Shown: in pieces, positions 8,447 through 16,910 of the stretch | Position numbering within the stretch: the first letter of the stretch is position 1 | How the letters are laid out: each line of letters begins with the position of its first letter | Origin: Deltaproteobacteria bacterium CG_4_9_14_3_um_filter_63_12 | GTDB lineage: Bacteria; Myxococcota_A; Bradymonadia; UBA4248; UM-FILTER-63-12 | DNA: 64,000 nt | Assembly: GCA_002789955.1 (NCBI GenBank) | Contig: PFUG01000212.1 | Location: 357 to 64,356 of the forward strand | Direction: 5' to 3' | Made by a program: the position numbers and the translations under genes | Notes under the pieces: generated by a model | Database searches by the model: none | Told to the model about the DNA's origin: nothing | The model's input: the letters and a program-made list of their open reading frames with translations, nothing else

Positions 8447-8637
8447 CGATGTCGGCGCGAACCGCATTCGTTGAAGGCCGACGAAGTGGGACGACGGCTC
8501 TCTCGAGCAAAACCTCATCGTCGACACGTTCATCGGGCTCACATCAGGCGAAACTACCGTCGTTTCTAGAGCGCGACAACACGCCAAGAACCAGAGGCAC
8601 GGCGACAACTCTCTGCACCCCGAGCTCTTCCAGGAAG

Positions 8638-8696
8638 GATTTTCGCTTTATTTCGCTGCGTTGCGGTGCGAAAATTGGTCATCCGCTCAGCATATT
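8638..8696 (+). repeat. Copy C of family-1 palindromic repeat (more diverged)
   Basis: GGATTTTCGCTTTATTTCGCTGCGTTGCGGTGCGAAAATTGGTCATCCGCTCAGCATATT. Confidence 0.75.
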
Positions 8697-8792
8697 GACT
8701 GCGGCGGACTCTGGACTGAGGTTCTCGCAATATGGTGGAGCATCGGGTAATAAGCGAAGACCCCCTGCAGCAATCCGGGAGAACTCCTGCAG

Positions 8793-9284
8793 ATGACCAT
8801 TATTCGCGATTTCGAAGACGCCCCGCAGCCCCCCACGCCGCTCGAACAGCCGACGCACCGCTGTCGCGTGATGCTGACTCCATTTCAGCGCGAAGACGTT
8901 CGCAAGCGGACTGGCCGCGAGATGGCTTGGGTGGACATCCACGATGACGACGGCCGTGCGTTCGAGAAAGGGATGCCTCAGCGCAACCCCGACGACGTCT
9001 TGTGGCATGCCCTGAGAGACGCCGAGGAGCGCAACAAGTACGACGCGGACTACCACGCCTACCTGATCGCCTTGGCCGCCTGGCAGGACGCGAACAAGGC
9101 GACCCCGGCGCAAATCGCCGATGAGCTCGCCGAGGAGGCCGAAGAAGACGCTGAAGCGAGGGCGGAAGCGTTCGCCGAGTTCTATGCAGCGGAGGGTGCT
9201 GCGCTCGAGGCCGCGAAAGCCGCTGCCGTCGAGGCCTGGGATCCCAAAGGCAAGAAACGAAAGAAGGCCGCTGCCGGCGAGTGA
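8793..9284 (+). CDS. Hypothetical protein (163 aa) with acidic/Ala-rich C-terminus and lysine tail
   Basis: ORF with GC3 bias. No recognisable domain. Confidence 0.5.
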   Translation: MTIIRDFEDAPQPPTPLEQPTHRCRVMLTPFQREDVRKRTGREMAWVDIHDDDGRAFEKGMPQRNPDDVLWHALRDAEERNKYDADYHAYLIALAAWQDANKATPAQIADELAEEAEEDAEARAEAFAEFYAAEGAALEAAKAAAVEAWDPKGKKRKKAAAGE

Positions 9285-9315
9285 ATTATCCGTCTGAGAG
9301 TGAGGAGGAGGTTTT

Positions 9316-9864
9316 ATGGCCGGTCCAGGAGTCGAAGATGTCAAGGAAGAGCAGAAAGCCCTTCAGCTGATGATCGAAGAGCTGAACAAGACCAGTGATC
9401 CCGAGCAATTCAACCAGATTCTCGCGATGATCGAGGCTCAGGCCGCCAAGCTGAAGGCGACCGCTGTGGCCGCAGGAGACGCCATCGTCGCCAGCGTTGG
9501 CGGCACCGAGGGGCTGGCCTCGCCCCTTCTGGAAGGACCGCGGCCCAAGGTCGAGGTCCTCCTGACGCCCGAGCAGCGCCAAAAGGTCTTCGATGAGACT
9601 GGCGTGAACATGGAGAGCGTGCTCATCAAGGACGACACCGGCGCCCGCACCTCCACCATGCGGCAGACCACTCCGCCCGAGATCGAGTTCCAAGCCATCG
9701 AGCAGGCCCACGAGTTCAACCGAATGGTCGAGGCCCAGAAGACCATCAGCCAAGACGTCGCCGACGCCATGGCGGGGCTCGAGGACAGCGACGATCCGCG
9801 GCTCGTCGAGGCCCTGGAGAGGGCCAAGGCCGATCCCAATTTCCTCGCCGGTCTCAACAAGTAG
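9316..9864 (+). CDS. Hypothetical protein (182 aa)
   Basis: Strong Shine-Dalgarno (GAGGAGGAGG) 6 nt upstream of the ATG. Acidic, helical composition. Confidence 0.6.
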   Translation: MAGPGVEDVKEEQKALQLMIEELNKTSDPEQFNQILAMIEAQAAKLKATAVAAGDAIVASVGGTEGLASPLLEGPRPKVEVLLTPEQRQKVFDETGVNMESVLIKDDTGARTSTMRQTTPPEIEFQAIEQAHEFNRMVEAQKTISQDVADAMAGLEDSDDPRLVEALERAKADPNFLAGLNK

Positions 9865-9897
9865 TCGACGGCAACGACCCGCCAAACAGGTGACGAC

Positions 9898-10737
9898 GTG
9901 AAGATCGCGGTGATCAGCGACCTACACCTTTGCAGCGATCGCAGTTGCCGGGAGTTTACCTTCGACGAGCCCTTCGTCTTGGGACTCTTCGACAGGCTCG
10001 AGGCGCGGCACGACCACATCTTCGTGGTCGGCGATCTCTACAACCTGGAGCACTCTCGCCAGCCATTTGACTGGGCCGGCGAGCTCGAGGCCACCTGGCG
10101 TCGGTATCCGCGCTTGACGGCACGACTGCATGGCGGTGCCGGCTATTTCTTGGTGCATGGGAACCACGATCGCGCCATCGCCGAGTTGCTGGGTGTACCC
10201 GAGCACCTGCGCCTCGAGCTGGGAGGTAGCGTCATCACCGTGACCCACGGCCACAAGCTCGACGGCTGGCTCAAGCAGCTCCCGTGGGTCGCTCCGACCG
10301 GCGCCTGGGTCGAGGCCTGGTTGCGACGAGCCCATCTCGGAAAGGTCGCGGACTCCATCGTCGACGTCGGTCGCCTCGCAGCCCGCGTCGGAACGCCCAG
10401 CGGTGGCGTCGTCTATCGCGGCGAATTTCATGGGGAGCGCTCCATCCGGCTGGCCCGCGAGCTGCTGCTCAGAGAGCGCTCGGATGTGGTCATGATGGGA
10501 CACACGCACTTGGCCACAGCTGCCTTCTTCCCAGAAGGGGGGATCTACCTCAATGGGGGAGGCTGCGCGTTCGGCGAGCTGAGCTATGTCAGCTGCGACC
10601 TGGCCAGCGCCGAGGCGGTGATCCATCGCTACGAAGGCGGACAATGGACCCACGAAAGGACCGTTGCGAAGCAGGCCGCGGGCTGGTCTCAGATCGTCTC
10701 GGAGGGTAAACACCTCAGCTTGCGCGAGTCACGATAG
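9898..10737 (+). CDS. Metallophosphoesterase (calcineurin-like phosphoesterase)
   Basis: Motifs ISDLH, GDLYN, HGNHD and GHTH in canonical order. GTG start. Confidence 0.8.
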   Translation: MKIAVISDLHLCSDRSCREFTFDEPFVLGLFDRLEARHDHIFVVGDLYNLEHSRQPFDWAGELEATWRRYPRLTARLHGGAGYFLVHGNHDRAIAELLGVPEHLRLELGGSVITVTHGHKLDGWLKQLPWVAPTGAWVEAWLRRAHLGKVADSIVDVGRLAARVGTPSGGVVYRGEFHGERSIRLARELLLRERSDVVMMGHTHLATAAFFPEGGIYLNGGGCAFGELSYVSCDLASAEAVIHRYEGGQWTHERTVAKQAAGWSQIVSEGKHLSLRESR

Positions 10738-10784
10738 GCAGCTATCGTTGCCTCCAGATCGCTCGAAATTTCGCGTGAGATTTG

Positions 10785-12740
10785 ATGAACGACAACAGTC
10801 CTCCTATCCCTGTTCCGGGCGAAATCGTAGCTGGGCGCTACGAAATTGCTGCCGTGATCGGCCGTGGGGGCGGGGGTGTCGTCTACCGGGCGCGCCAGCT
10901 CGGGATCAACCGAGACGTGGCGATGAAGGTCTTGCCGCCCGAGAGCCAGCTGCACGCTTCGGCGGTGCGCCGGTTCGAGCGGGAGGCCCGCCTGGTCGCT
11001 CGCCTGCGCCACCCCAACACGGTCACGCTCTACGAGTTCAACCGCACCCAGACCGGCCTGCTCTACATCGTGATGGAGTTCGTGGACGGCGTCCCGCTGA
11101 AGGCCGTCCTAGAACGTGAGGGGCAGATTCCGCCCAATCGAGCGGTACCGATCTTCCGGCAAGTGCTCAAGAGCTTGGCTGAGGCGCACTCGCACGGCAT
11201 CGTGCACCGCGACCTCAAACCCGCCAACATCATGCTGTGCAACCTGCACGGCGAACGGGACTTCGTAAAAGTGCTCGACTTCGGCGTCGCCACCGTGCTC
11301 GAGGCCGACGACCAGCTCTTCGACGACGACATGACCCGCACCGCCGACGTGGTCGGCACCCCCAAGTACATGGCCCCTGAGCAGTTCCGCTCGGGCACCC
11401 TCACCGCGGCGAGCGACCTCTACGCCACGGCCTGCATCGCCTTCGAGATGCTCGCCGGATACTGCCCCTTCGACGGCGAGACGCTGCACGTCACCATCGC
11501 CAAACACCTCTTCCAGCCTGCACCCAAGTTGCCCGATTTCCTCAGCCGCTACCCCAACCTCGTCGCGACCATCGAGCGCTTGCTGGAGAAGACCCCCGAG
11601 ACCCGCTTCCAGACCGCCGAAGCCGTCCTCGAGTCGCTGACAAACTGGGAGGCCGGGGTTCCAGACGCCAAACCGTACGTGGCGACGATGCCGACTGCCA
11701 ACGACTCCTACGTCGAGGCCTACAAGCAAGAGGCCGGACCTGGCGGGCTCCCACACCAGATGCCCTTCGACGCCACACCGCAGCCTGGCTCCGTCAACTC
11801 GGTGACCAACAACGGATTGCGCAACGACATCAGCTCGCGCTATGGCCAACATCCATTGCAGCAGGGCTACACCGCAACTCCGAGCCACCCCATCTACCCA
11901 CAGGACGCCGTCAACGCGGGAGACACCAACCCGAACATGATGGTCCTGTCCCAGCCGCGCAGCAGCGGCGACGCCCGCACCTGGCTGCTCCTGGGCATGG
12001 TCTTCACCGTCATCGTGCTGGCCGCGGTCGCCTTCCTCATCCTCACGCGCCACATGCGCGGAAAAGACACGCAGTCCGAGGACGCCTCGGGCGCAGCGGA
12101 GGCCACGGAACACTCCGACCCAAGCACCGCAAGCAACGGTCATGGACTAGAGATGTCGTCGGACTCCCTCGATCGCATCAGCACCATCTACTTCGCCACC
12201 GACCAGGGCTCCATCTCCTGCGCCAACGGCTTTGTCGAAGGCAGCTCGCGAGCGAAGCCAGCGGCGAAGACCCCCATCCCGAAGGAGCTCCCTAAGGACC
12301 CGGTAAAGACAGATCCTGTCGTCAAGAACGACCCGGTAAAGACAGATCCTGTCGTCAAGAACGACCCGGTCAAGACAGATCCTGTCGTCAAGAACGACCC
12401 GGTCAAGACAGACCCTGTCGTCAAGAACGACCCGGTAACGACAGACCCTGTCGTCAAGAACGACCCGGTCAAGACAGGTCCGGACAAGGACGATCCAGCT
12501 AAGACCGCCCGCGAATACACCCGCTTCTCGTTCAAATATCAGCCTCCCACCTGCAAGGTGAAGGTCAGCGGCGCCAAGGAGTCGAGCTGCAAGGCGGGGG
12601 TCTGCAAGGTCCGGGCGGCCATCGGCACGACCCTCTCGATCGAGGTCTCCGCGGAGGGACGGCCCACTCTCAAAAAGAGCATCAAGGTCACCAAGGAAGT
12701 GACCGTGGACACCATCACGCTCTACCGGCGTTCGAACTAG
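10785..12740 (+). CDS. Hanks-type Ser/Thr protein kinase with TM segment and extracytoplasmic repeat/PEGA-like domain
   Basis: GRGGGGVVY glycine loop, AMK lysine, HRDLKPANIML, DFGVA and GTPKYMAPE. TM helix WLLLGMVFTVIVLAAVAFLIL. Tandem DPVKTDPVVKN repeats. Confidence 0.9.
   Translation: MNDNSPPIPVPGEIVAGRYEIAAVIGRGGGGVVYRARQLGINRDVAMKVLPPESQLHASAVRRFEREARLVARLRHPNTVTLYEFNRTQTGLLYIVMEFVDGVPLKAVLEREGQIPPNRAVPIFRQVLKSLAEAHSHGIVHRDLKPANIMLCNLHGERDFVKVLDFGVATVLEADDQLFDDDMTRTADVVGTPKYMAPEQFRSGTLTAASDLYATACIAFEMLAGYCPFDGETLHVTIAKHLFQPAPKLPDFLSRYPNLVATIERLLEKTPETRFQTAEAVLESLTNWEAGVPDAKPYVATMPTANDSYVEAYKQEAGPGGLPHQMPFDATPQPGSVNSVTNNGLRNDISSRYGQHPLQQGYTATPSHPIYPQDAVNAGDTNPNMMVLSQPRSSGDARTWLLLGMVFTVIVLAAVAFLILTRHMRGKDTQSEDASGAAEATEHSDPSTASNGHGLEMSSDSLDRISTIYFATDQGSISCANGFVEGSSRAKPAAKTPIPKELPKDPVKTDPVVKNDPVKTDPVVKNDPVKTDPVVKNDPVKTDPVVKNDPVTTDPVVKNDPVKTGPDKDDPAKTAREYTRFSFKYQPPTCKVKVSGAKESSCKAGVCKVRAAIGTTLSIEVSAEGRPTLKKSIKVTKEVTVDTITLYRRSN
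12297..12480 (+). repeat. In-frame 33-bp tandem repeat (about 5.5 copies) encoding (DPVKTDPVVKN)n inside the kinase gene
   Basis: GACCCGGT(A/C)AAGACAGA(T/C)CCTGTCGTCAAGAAC repeated head-to-tail with a few synonymous or conservative changes. Confidence 0.9.
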
Positions 12741-12757
12741 TCACGGGTTTCGGTCCG

Positions 12758-13342
12758 ATGAATGACCCGATAAACACCCCCGCTCTCTGGTCCCTAGAGA
12801 CCGAGCGGCTGCAGTTGGTTCACCTCTCCACGGTCGAGCCCGATGCCATGCGGCAGTTCACCCTGCGCAACAAAGAGCATCTGGCCGCCACCAGCCCGTC
12901 TCGACCGGCGGGTTTCTACACCCGAGAGTTCTGGGCCGAGCGCATTGTTCTTGCCCGCACTGAGCTCGAAGACGGCGTCGCGGTGCGGCTCGTCGGAAGG
13001 CTACACGGCGCAGAGCCCATAGCGCTTACCGTGAACTTCACCCAAATCGTTCGTGGCCCGATGCAGGCCTGTTATCTGGGCTACGATTGCGACGGCGCCC
13101 AACAGGGCCAGGGTCTCATGACCGAGGCCCTACGCGCTGCCATCGCTCACCTCTTCGACGTCCTCGACCTCCACCGCATCATGGCCAACCACCTCGTCGA
13201 GAACGTCGCCTCGGCGCGAGTCCTGGCCAAGCTCGGGTTTGCCGTCGAGGGCCGCGCTGCGAACCTTCTCCTGATCGCCGGCGAGTGGCGCGACCACATC
13301 CTCAACGCCCGAATCAATCCGAACTGGCGCGGCCTCTATTGA
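12758..13342 (+). CDS. GNAT-family N-acetyltransferase (RimJ/RimL-like)
   Basis: GYDCDGAQQGQGLMTEAL (acetyl-CoA-binding motif A) and LHRIMANHLVENVASARVLAKLGF. Starts 17 bp after the kinase stop. Confidence 0.8.
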   Translation: MNDPINTPALWSLETERLQLVHLSTVEPDAMRQFTLRNKEHLAATSPSRPAGFYTREFWAERIVLARTELEDGVAVRLVGRLHGAEPIALTVNFTQIVRGPMQACYLGYDCDGAQQGQGLMTEALRAAIAHLFDVLDLHRIMANHLVENVASARVLAKLGFAVEGRAANLLLIAGEWRDHILNARINPNWRGLY

Positions 13343-13344
13343 TG

Positions 13345-13650
13345 CTGCGATCGCGAGCGCGGGCACTCCAGCTCGCTCGTCTCGAGCGAGCGCCGTGTTG
13401 CGAAGCGAGCGAAATCCGGTCGGATTTCGCGCGCGACTCGGAACCGTGCTGGCTCGAAGCGAGCCACTTTGGTCCCCATGCGCGATCTAAACCCGCGCCT
13501 CTCATCCTTCTTTTTCTACGGCGGCGTCCTCGGTAGAGTGGCAACGTTGTCAAAATCGTCTAGGTGACTCTCGCCGCTTGGCGTGAGTCTTCGCAATCGG
13601 ATTTTCGCGCATGACCCGGAACAGAGGGGGCTCGAAGCGAGCCCCCTCGC
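13345..13650. repeat. Cluster of GC-rich hairpin repeats (family 2; REP-like): GCTCGCTCG-tct-CGAGCGAGC, two GGCTCGaagCGAGCC units, and a half-copy of family 1 (CGGATTTTCGCGC at 13592)
   Basis: 13352-13412 is about 85% identical to the reverse complement of 31201-31260. Palindromes GGCTCGAAGCGAGCC at 13451 and 13629. Confidence 0.7.
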
Positions 13651-13676
13651 GGCCCTACGCGCGATTGGAGTGCACC

Positions 13677-16600
13677 TTGAGCCGTCACGTTTCGCCCCCC
13701 TTCGCTCTCACGCTGCTCTGTGCCGTTTTTCTGTCGCTGGTTTGCGCTTGCGACAAGCTCGAGCCCGTTGGGTTCGATGACCTAGTGAACGACGCATTGC
13801 CCGATCTTGCGCACGACGTAAGCGCCGACGTGGACTCGTCGGACACCCCCGAAGAGGCCGACGAGACCGAGCTGCCCTTCGTCCCCGAGGTCATCGAGAC
13901 CGAGTGCATGGGCTCGTTCGCGCAGGGAGCGCCGGGCACCCGCGTGCTGGCCGACCTCTGCGACGCCATCGGCGAACCGGTCGGGCAAGGCACCGCCTCT
14001 GTTCACCAGATCACCGACGCCAGCGAGCTCTTCCAGGGCCCCGCTGCGCGCGGTCAGGTCGGCGACTGGATGGTCGACACCGGCGTCGCCCGTTTCATTA
14101 TCGAGGGGGTCGATCGCCACTCCATCCCCTGCCCCTACGGCGGCAGCCCAATCGACGTCAGTTACTTCGGCGAGTCGCCGACCGGGACCCCCGATCACCT
14201 AGGCGAGATCTGCTTCTTCATGCAGCTCGGCCGGACCGTCGCGCCACGCAGCGACGCCGACTTCGAGATCGTCGCCGACGGCTCGGACGGCGGCGCTGCC
14301 ATCCTCGCCGTCACCAGCCACGACACTTTGTCCGACTGGCTCAACCTCGAGGCGTTCGCCAAGGAGTACGTCGGATTCTTGGTCAACACTCCGTTCTCAC
14401 CGGAAAAAGACCTGCATCTGACGCTGACCCACTACTACATCGCCCGACCCGGCGACAACTATCTGTCCTACCTGACCGCAGCCCGCAACGACGGCGACCG
14501 TTTCCAGCATGTGTTGGGCGGTGACCTGATCGACTCCGGCGGACTGGGCCGCTTCTTCAATCCAGCCTCGGGGCTGCAAGGCTTCGGCTACCTGGACATG
14601 AACCCCGAGCAGATGGAGTACTTGGCCTTCATCTCCGACGAGTCCAGCCACGCTTACGTCCCCGGCATCCGGGGCCTCGACGACCAAGGTGAGGTCCTGC
14701 CCGACGCCACCTACCTCGCCATCAGCGGCGCGGCGGCCATTCTCCTCGGCACCACCGACCCCATCGCCCTGTTGAACAAGGGCCCCCAGGCTCTGCGAGA
14801 ACCCGGCGTCGTCAAGCTCGAGGTCGGCCGCTCGACGGTCTGGTCGCGGCGGATCTACGCCGGAGGCGCCGACTTCTCCACCATCACCGACGAACTCTTT
14901 GCGCTCCGCGGCCAGGCCACGGGACACGTCAAGGCTCGAGTGGTCGACGGTGCTGGCCTCGCTGTCGCTGGGGTCCCGGTCGCCGCCGTCCGCGTCTTCA
15001 GCGCAGTGGCGGGCCGCACCGAGACGCGCTTTGTGAGCGACGTCGACGGTTGGGTCGAGGGAGACCTGCCCGTCGGCAGCTACACCCTGCTCCCCGACGC
15101 TAATGACCGCGCCGCCGCCGCCCCGGTCCCGTTCGACCTGGCCGCTGGCGACTCGCTCGACCTCTCTCTCCCCGTTGGCGAGCCAGGCCTCATCCACTTC
15201 GACGTCAAGAACGGCATCGACGACTCGCCGCTCCCCGCCCGCGTCACCATCCTCTGCGACGGCACCTGCCCTCGCCCGACCAACTCGAAGCTGCGCGACG
15301 TCACCTTCGACGGCATCGGCGCCAACGTCGCCGCCGTCTTCTTCATCGGCGTCGACGGCCACATGGACTGGCCCATCGTGCCGGGAACCTACCGGGTGCT
15401 CGTCTCCCACGGCATGACCTGGTCGGTCTACCCGCTGGGCACCGCTGGTGAGGGACCCAATGCCGGAGGCGAGGTCGTGACCGTGCCCGAGGGCGGTGAG
15501 GCCGCCGTGAACGCCGTGCTCTACAAAGCCGTCGACACCAGTGAGTTCCTCAGCGCCGACTTCCACGTCCACGCCGTCAACTCCCCCGACGCGCCGGTGG
15601 CCAACAGCGAACGCGTCCTGTCCTTCCTCGGCGCAGGCGTCGACGTGCTGATCTCCACCGACCACGACTTCGTGACCGACTACGGCCCTTACGTCCGCGC
15701 GCTGGGCGCCGAGGGGCAGCTCGCGACCATGGTCGGCGAAGAGCTGACGACCTTCACCTACGGACACTTCAACGCCTTCCCGCTGCAGCACGCTCCCAAC
15801 GACCGCAACGGTGGGGCCATCGACTGGGCCGTCGATGACGGCCCTGCCATGCACCCCAGAGACATCTTCGCCGCCTTCACAGCCAACCCCGGTGAGCAAG
15901 TGATCCAGGTGAACCACCCGCAGAGCGGCTATTTTTCGGCCATCTACCTCGACGCGAGGACCCTGACCTCGCACGCCGACCCGACCCTCCACCGCATCGC
16001 TCCGGCCGAACCCGCTCCCGTGACGGGAGACACCGGCCTCTTCGACGAGGGTTTCACGGCCGTAGAGGTCTACAACGGATACAGCCGGAACAGCTTCTGG
16101 GGCGTGATGAACAGCTGGTTCCCCATGGTCGCGCAGGGCCTCGTCCCCACCATCACTGCCACCAGCGACAGCCATCGCGTCTATTCCAGCCTCGGTGGCA
16201 GCCCATGCACGTGGGTGCACGTCGGCGCAGGCCGCGACACCCCCTCGACCATGGACGCAGCGACCTTCGTGAGCCAGACCAACGCCAACCAAGCGTTCGG
16301 CAGCAACGGGCCGTTCGTGCGCTTATGGGCGACCAACGCCGCTGGCGAGCGGGTCGAGACCGCCGGGCTCCTCGCCAGCGGGGGGGCAAACCATGAGGTG
16401 ACCATTGGGGTCGAGGTCCAGACGCCCCTGTGGATGAAGGTGGATACGGTGACGCTCTACGGCAATCTCGTGGACACGGCCCCATTGCCTGGGGAAGTGA
16501 ACACTACGGAACCCACTTCCCTCGAGGTCGCAAGTTTCACCCTGACGGACGCCGACCTCCTGCCCTCGGCGAGCCCTGGGGCGGAACCGACCCGCCTGCT

Positions 16601-16901
16601 GCGCTACCGCAAAGAGGTGACCTTTACGGTCGCGCCCGCAGCCGACAGCTACTACGTGGTCACCGTCGAGGGAAAGAGCGCCCCCAGCATGGTCCCTGTG
16701 ATTTGGAGCAACACGCAGCCCTTCGCGTTCTCGAACGCGCTCCTCGTCGACGTGGACGGCGGTGGCTATGACAAGCCGCCGATGACCCGAGCCGCAGGGA
16801 GCGGGGGTGGGCATCCCAAGGCGACGCCCCAGACGCGCCCGCTCGAGACGCGAGAAGACTGGGAAGCGCTGCGTCGTGCGCTGATTGAACGTCTGCGCTG
16901 A
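13677..16901 (+). CDS. Large secreted multidomain protein with carboxypeptidase-regulatory-like beta-sandwich and C-terminal PHP-like metal-dependent phosphoesterase motifs
   Basis: Signal peptide PPFALTLLCAVFLSLVCAC. Start uncertain: TTG at 13677, while the ORF track starts at 13611. DFHVHAVNSPD and VLISTDHDF match PHP-domain motifs HxH..S.D and TDHD. 9-bp gap to the downstream kinase. Confidence 0.75.
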   Translation: MSRHVSPPFALTLLCAVFLSLVCACDKLEPVGFDDLVNDALPDLAHDVSADVDSSDTPEEADETELPFVPEVIETECMGSFAQGAPGTRVLADLCDAIGEPVGQGTASVHQITDASELFQGPAARGQVGDWMVDTGVARFIIEGVDRHSIPCPYGGSPIDVSYFGESPTGTPDHLGEICFFMQLGRTVAPRSDADFEIVADGSDGGAAILAVTSHDTLSDWLNLEAFAKEYVGFLVNTPFSPEKDLHLTLTHYYIARPGDNYLSYLTAARNDGDRFQHVLGGDLIDSGGLGRFFNPASGLQGFGYLDMNPEQMEYLAFISDESSHAYVPGIRGLDDQGEVLPDATYLAISGAAAILLGTTDPIALLNKGPQALREPGVVKLEVGRSTVWSRRIYAGGADFSTITDELFALRGQATGHVKARVVDGAGLAVAGVPVAAVRVFSAVAGRTETRFVSDVDGWVEGDLPVGSYTLLPDANDRAAAAPVPFDLAAGDSLDLSLPVGEPGLIHFDVKNGIDDSPLPARVTILCDGTCPRPTNSKLRDVTFDGIGANVAAVFFIGVDGHMDWPIVPGTYRVLVSHGMTWSVYPLGTAGEGPNAGGEVVTVPEGGEAAVNAVLYKAVDTSEFLSADFHVHAVNSPDAPVANSERVLSFLGAGVDVLISTDHDFVTDYGPYVRALGAEGQLATMVGEELTTFTYGHFNAFPLQHAPNDRNGGAIDWAVDDGPAMHPRDIFAAFTANPGEQVIQVNHPQSGYFSAIYLDARTLTSHADPTLHRIAPAEPAPVTGDTGLFDEGFTAVEVYNGYSRNSFWGVMNSWFPMVAQGLVPTITATSDSHRVYSSLGGSPCTWVHVGAGRDTPSTMDAATFVSQTNANQAFGSNGPFVRLWATNAAGERVETAGLLASGGANHEVTIGVEVQTPLWMKVDTVTLYGNLVDTAPLPGEVNTTEPTSLEVASFTLTDADLLPSASPGAEPTRLLRYRKEVTFTVAPAADSYYVVTVEGKSAPSMVPVIWSNTQPFAFSNALLVDVDGGGYDKPPMTRAAGSGGGHPKATPQTRPLETREDWEALRRALIERLR

Positions 16902-16910
16902 GGGGTCACC

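Noticed and set aside
13087-13536. ORFs 13087-13536 (+) and 31079-31471 (-) sharing the peptide ARARALQLARLERAPCC
   Set aside because: The shared peptide is a translation artefact of the family-2 DNA repeat present at both loci. No coding bias.
14397-16292. 631-aa antisense ORF inside the secreted PHP-like gene. Similar long antisense ORFs at 16323-17537, 17601-18641, 18831-19715, 19971-20795, 21172-22767, 23266-24264, 27681-28859, 28808-30226, 31357-32436, 40733-42223, 42599-44506, 51492-52544, 54273-56216, 56811-58211, 58764-60494 and 60504-61646
   Set aside because: All are antisense to genes with strong motif support (kinases, gcvPB, mpl, glgC, GH57, TPR proteins). Their composition is GC-shadow (Arg/Gly/Asp/Val-rich) with no motifs.
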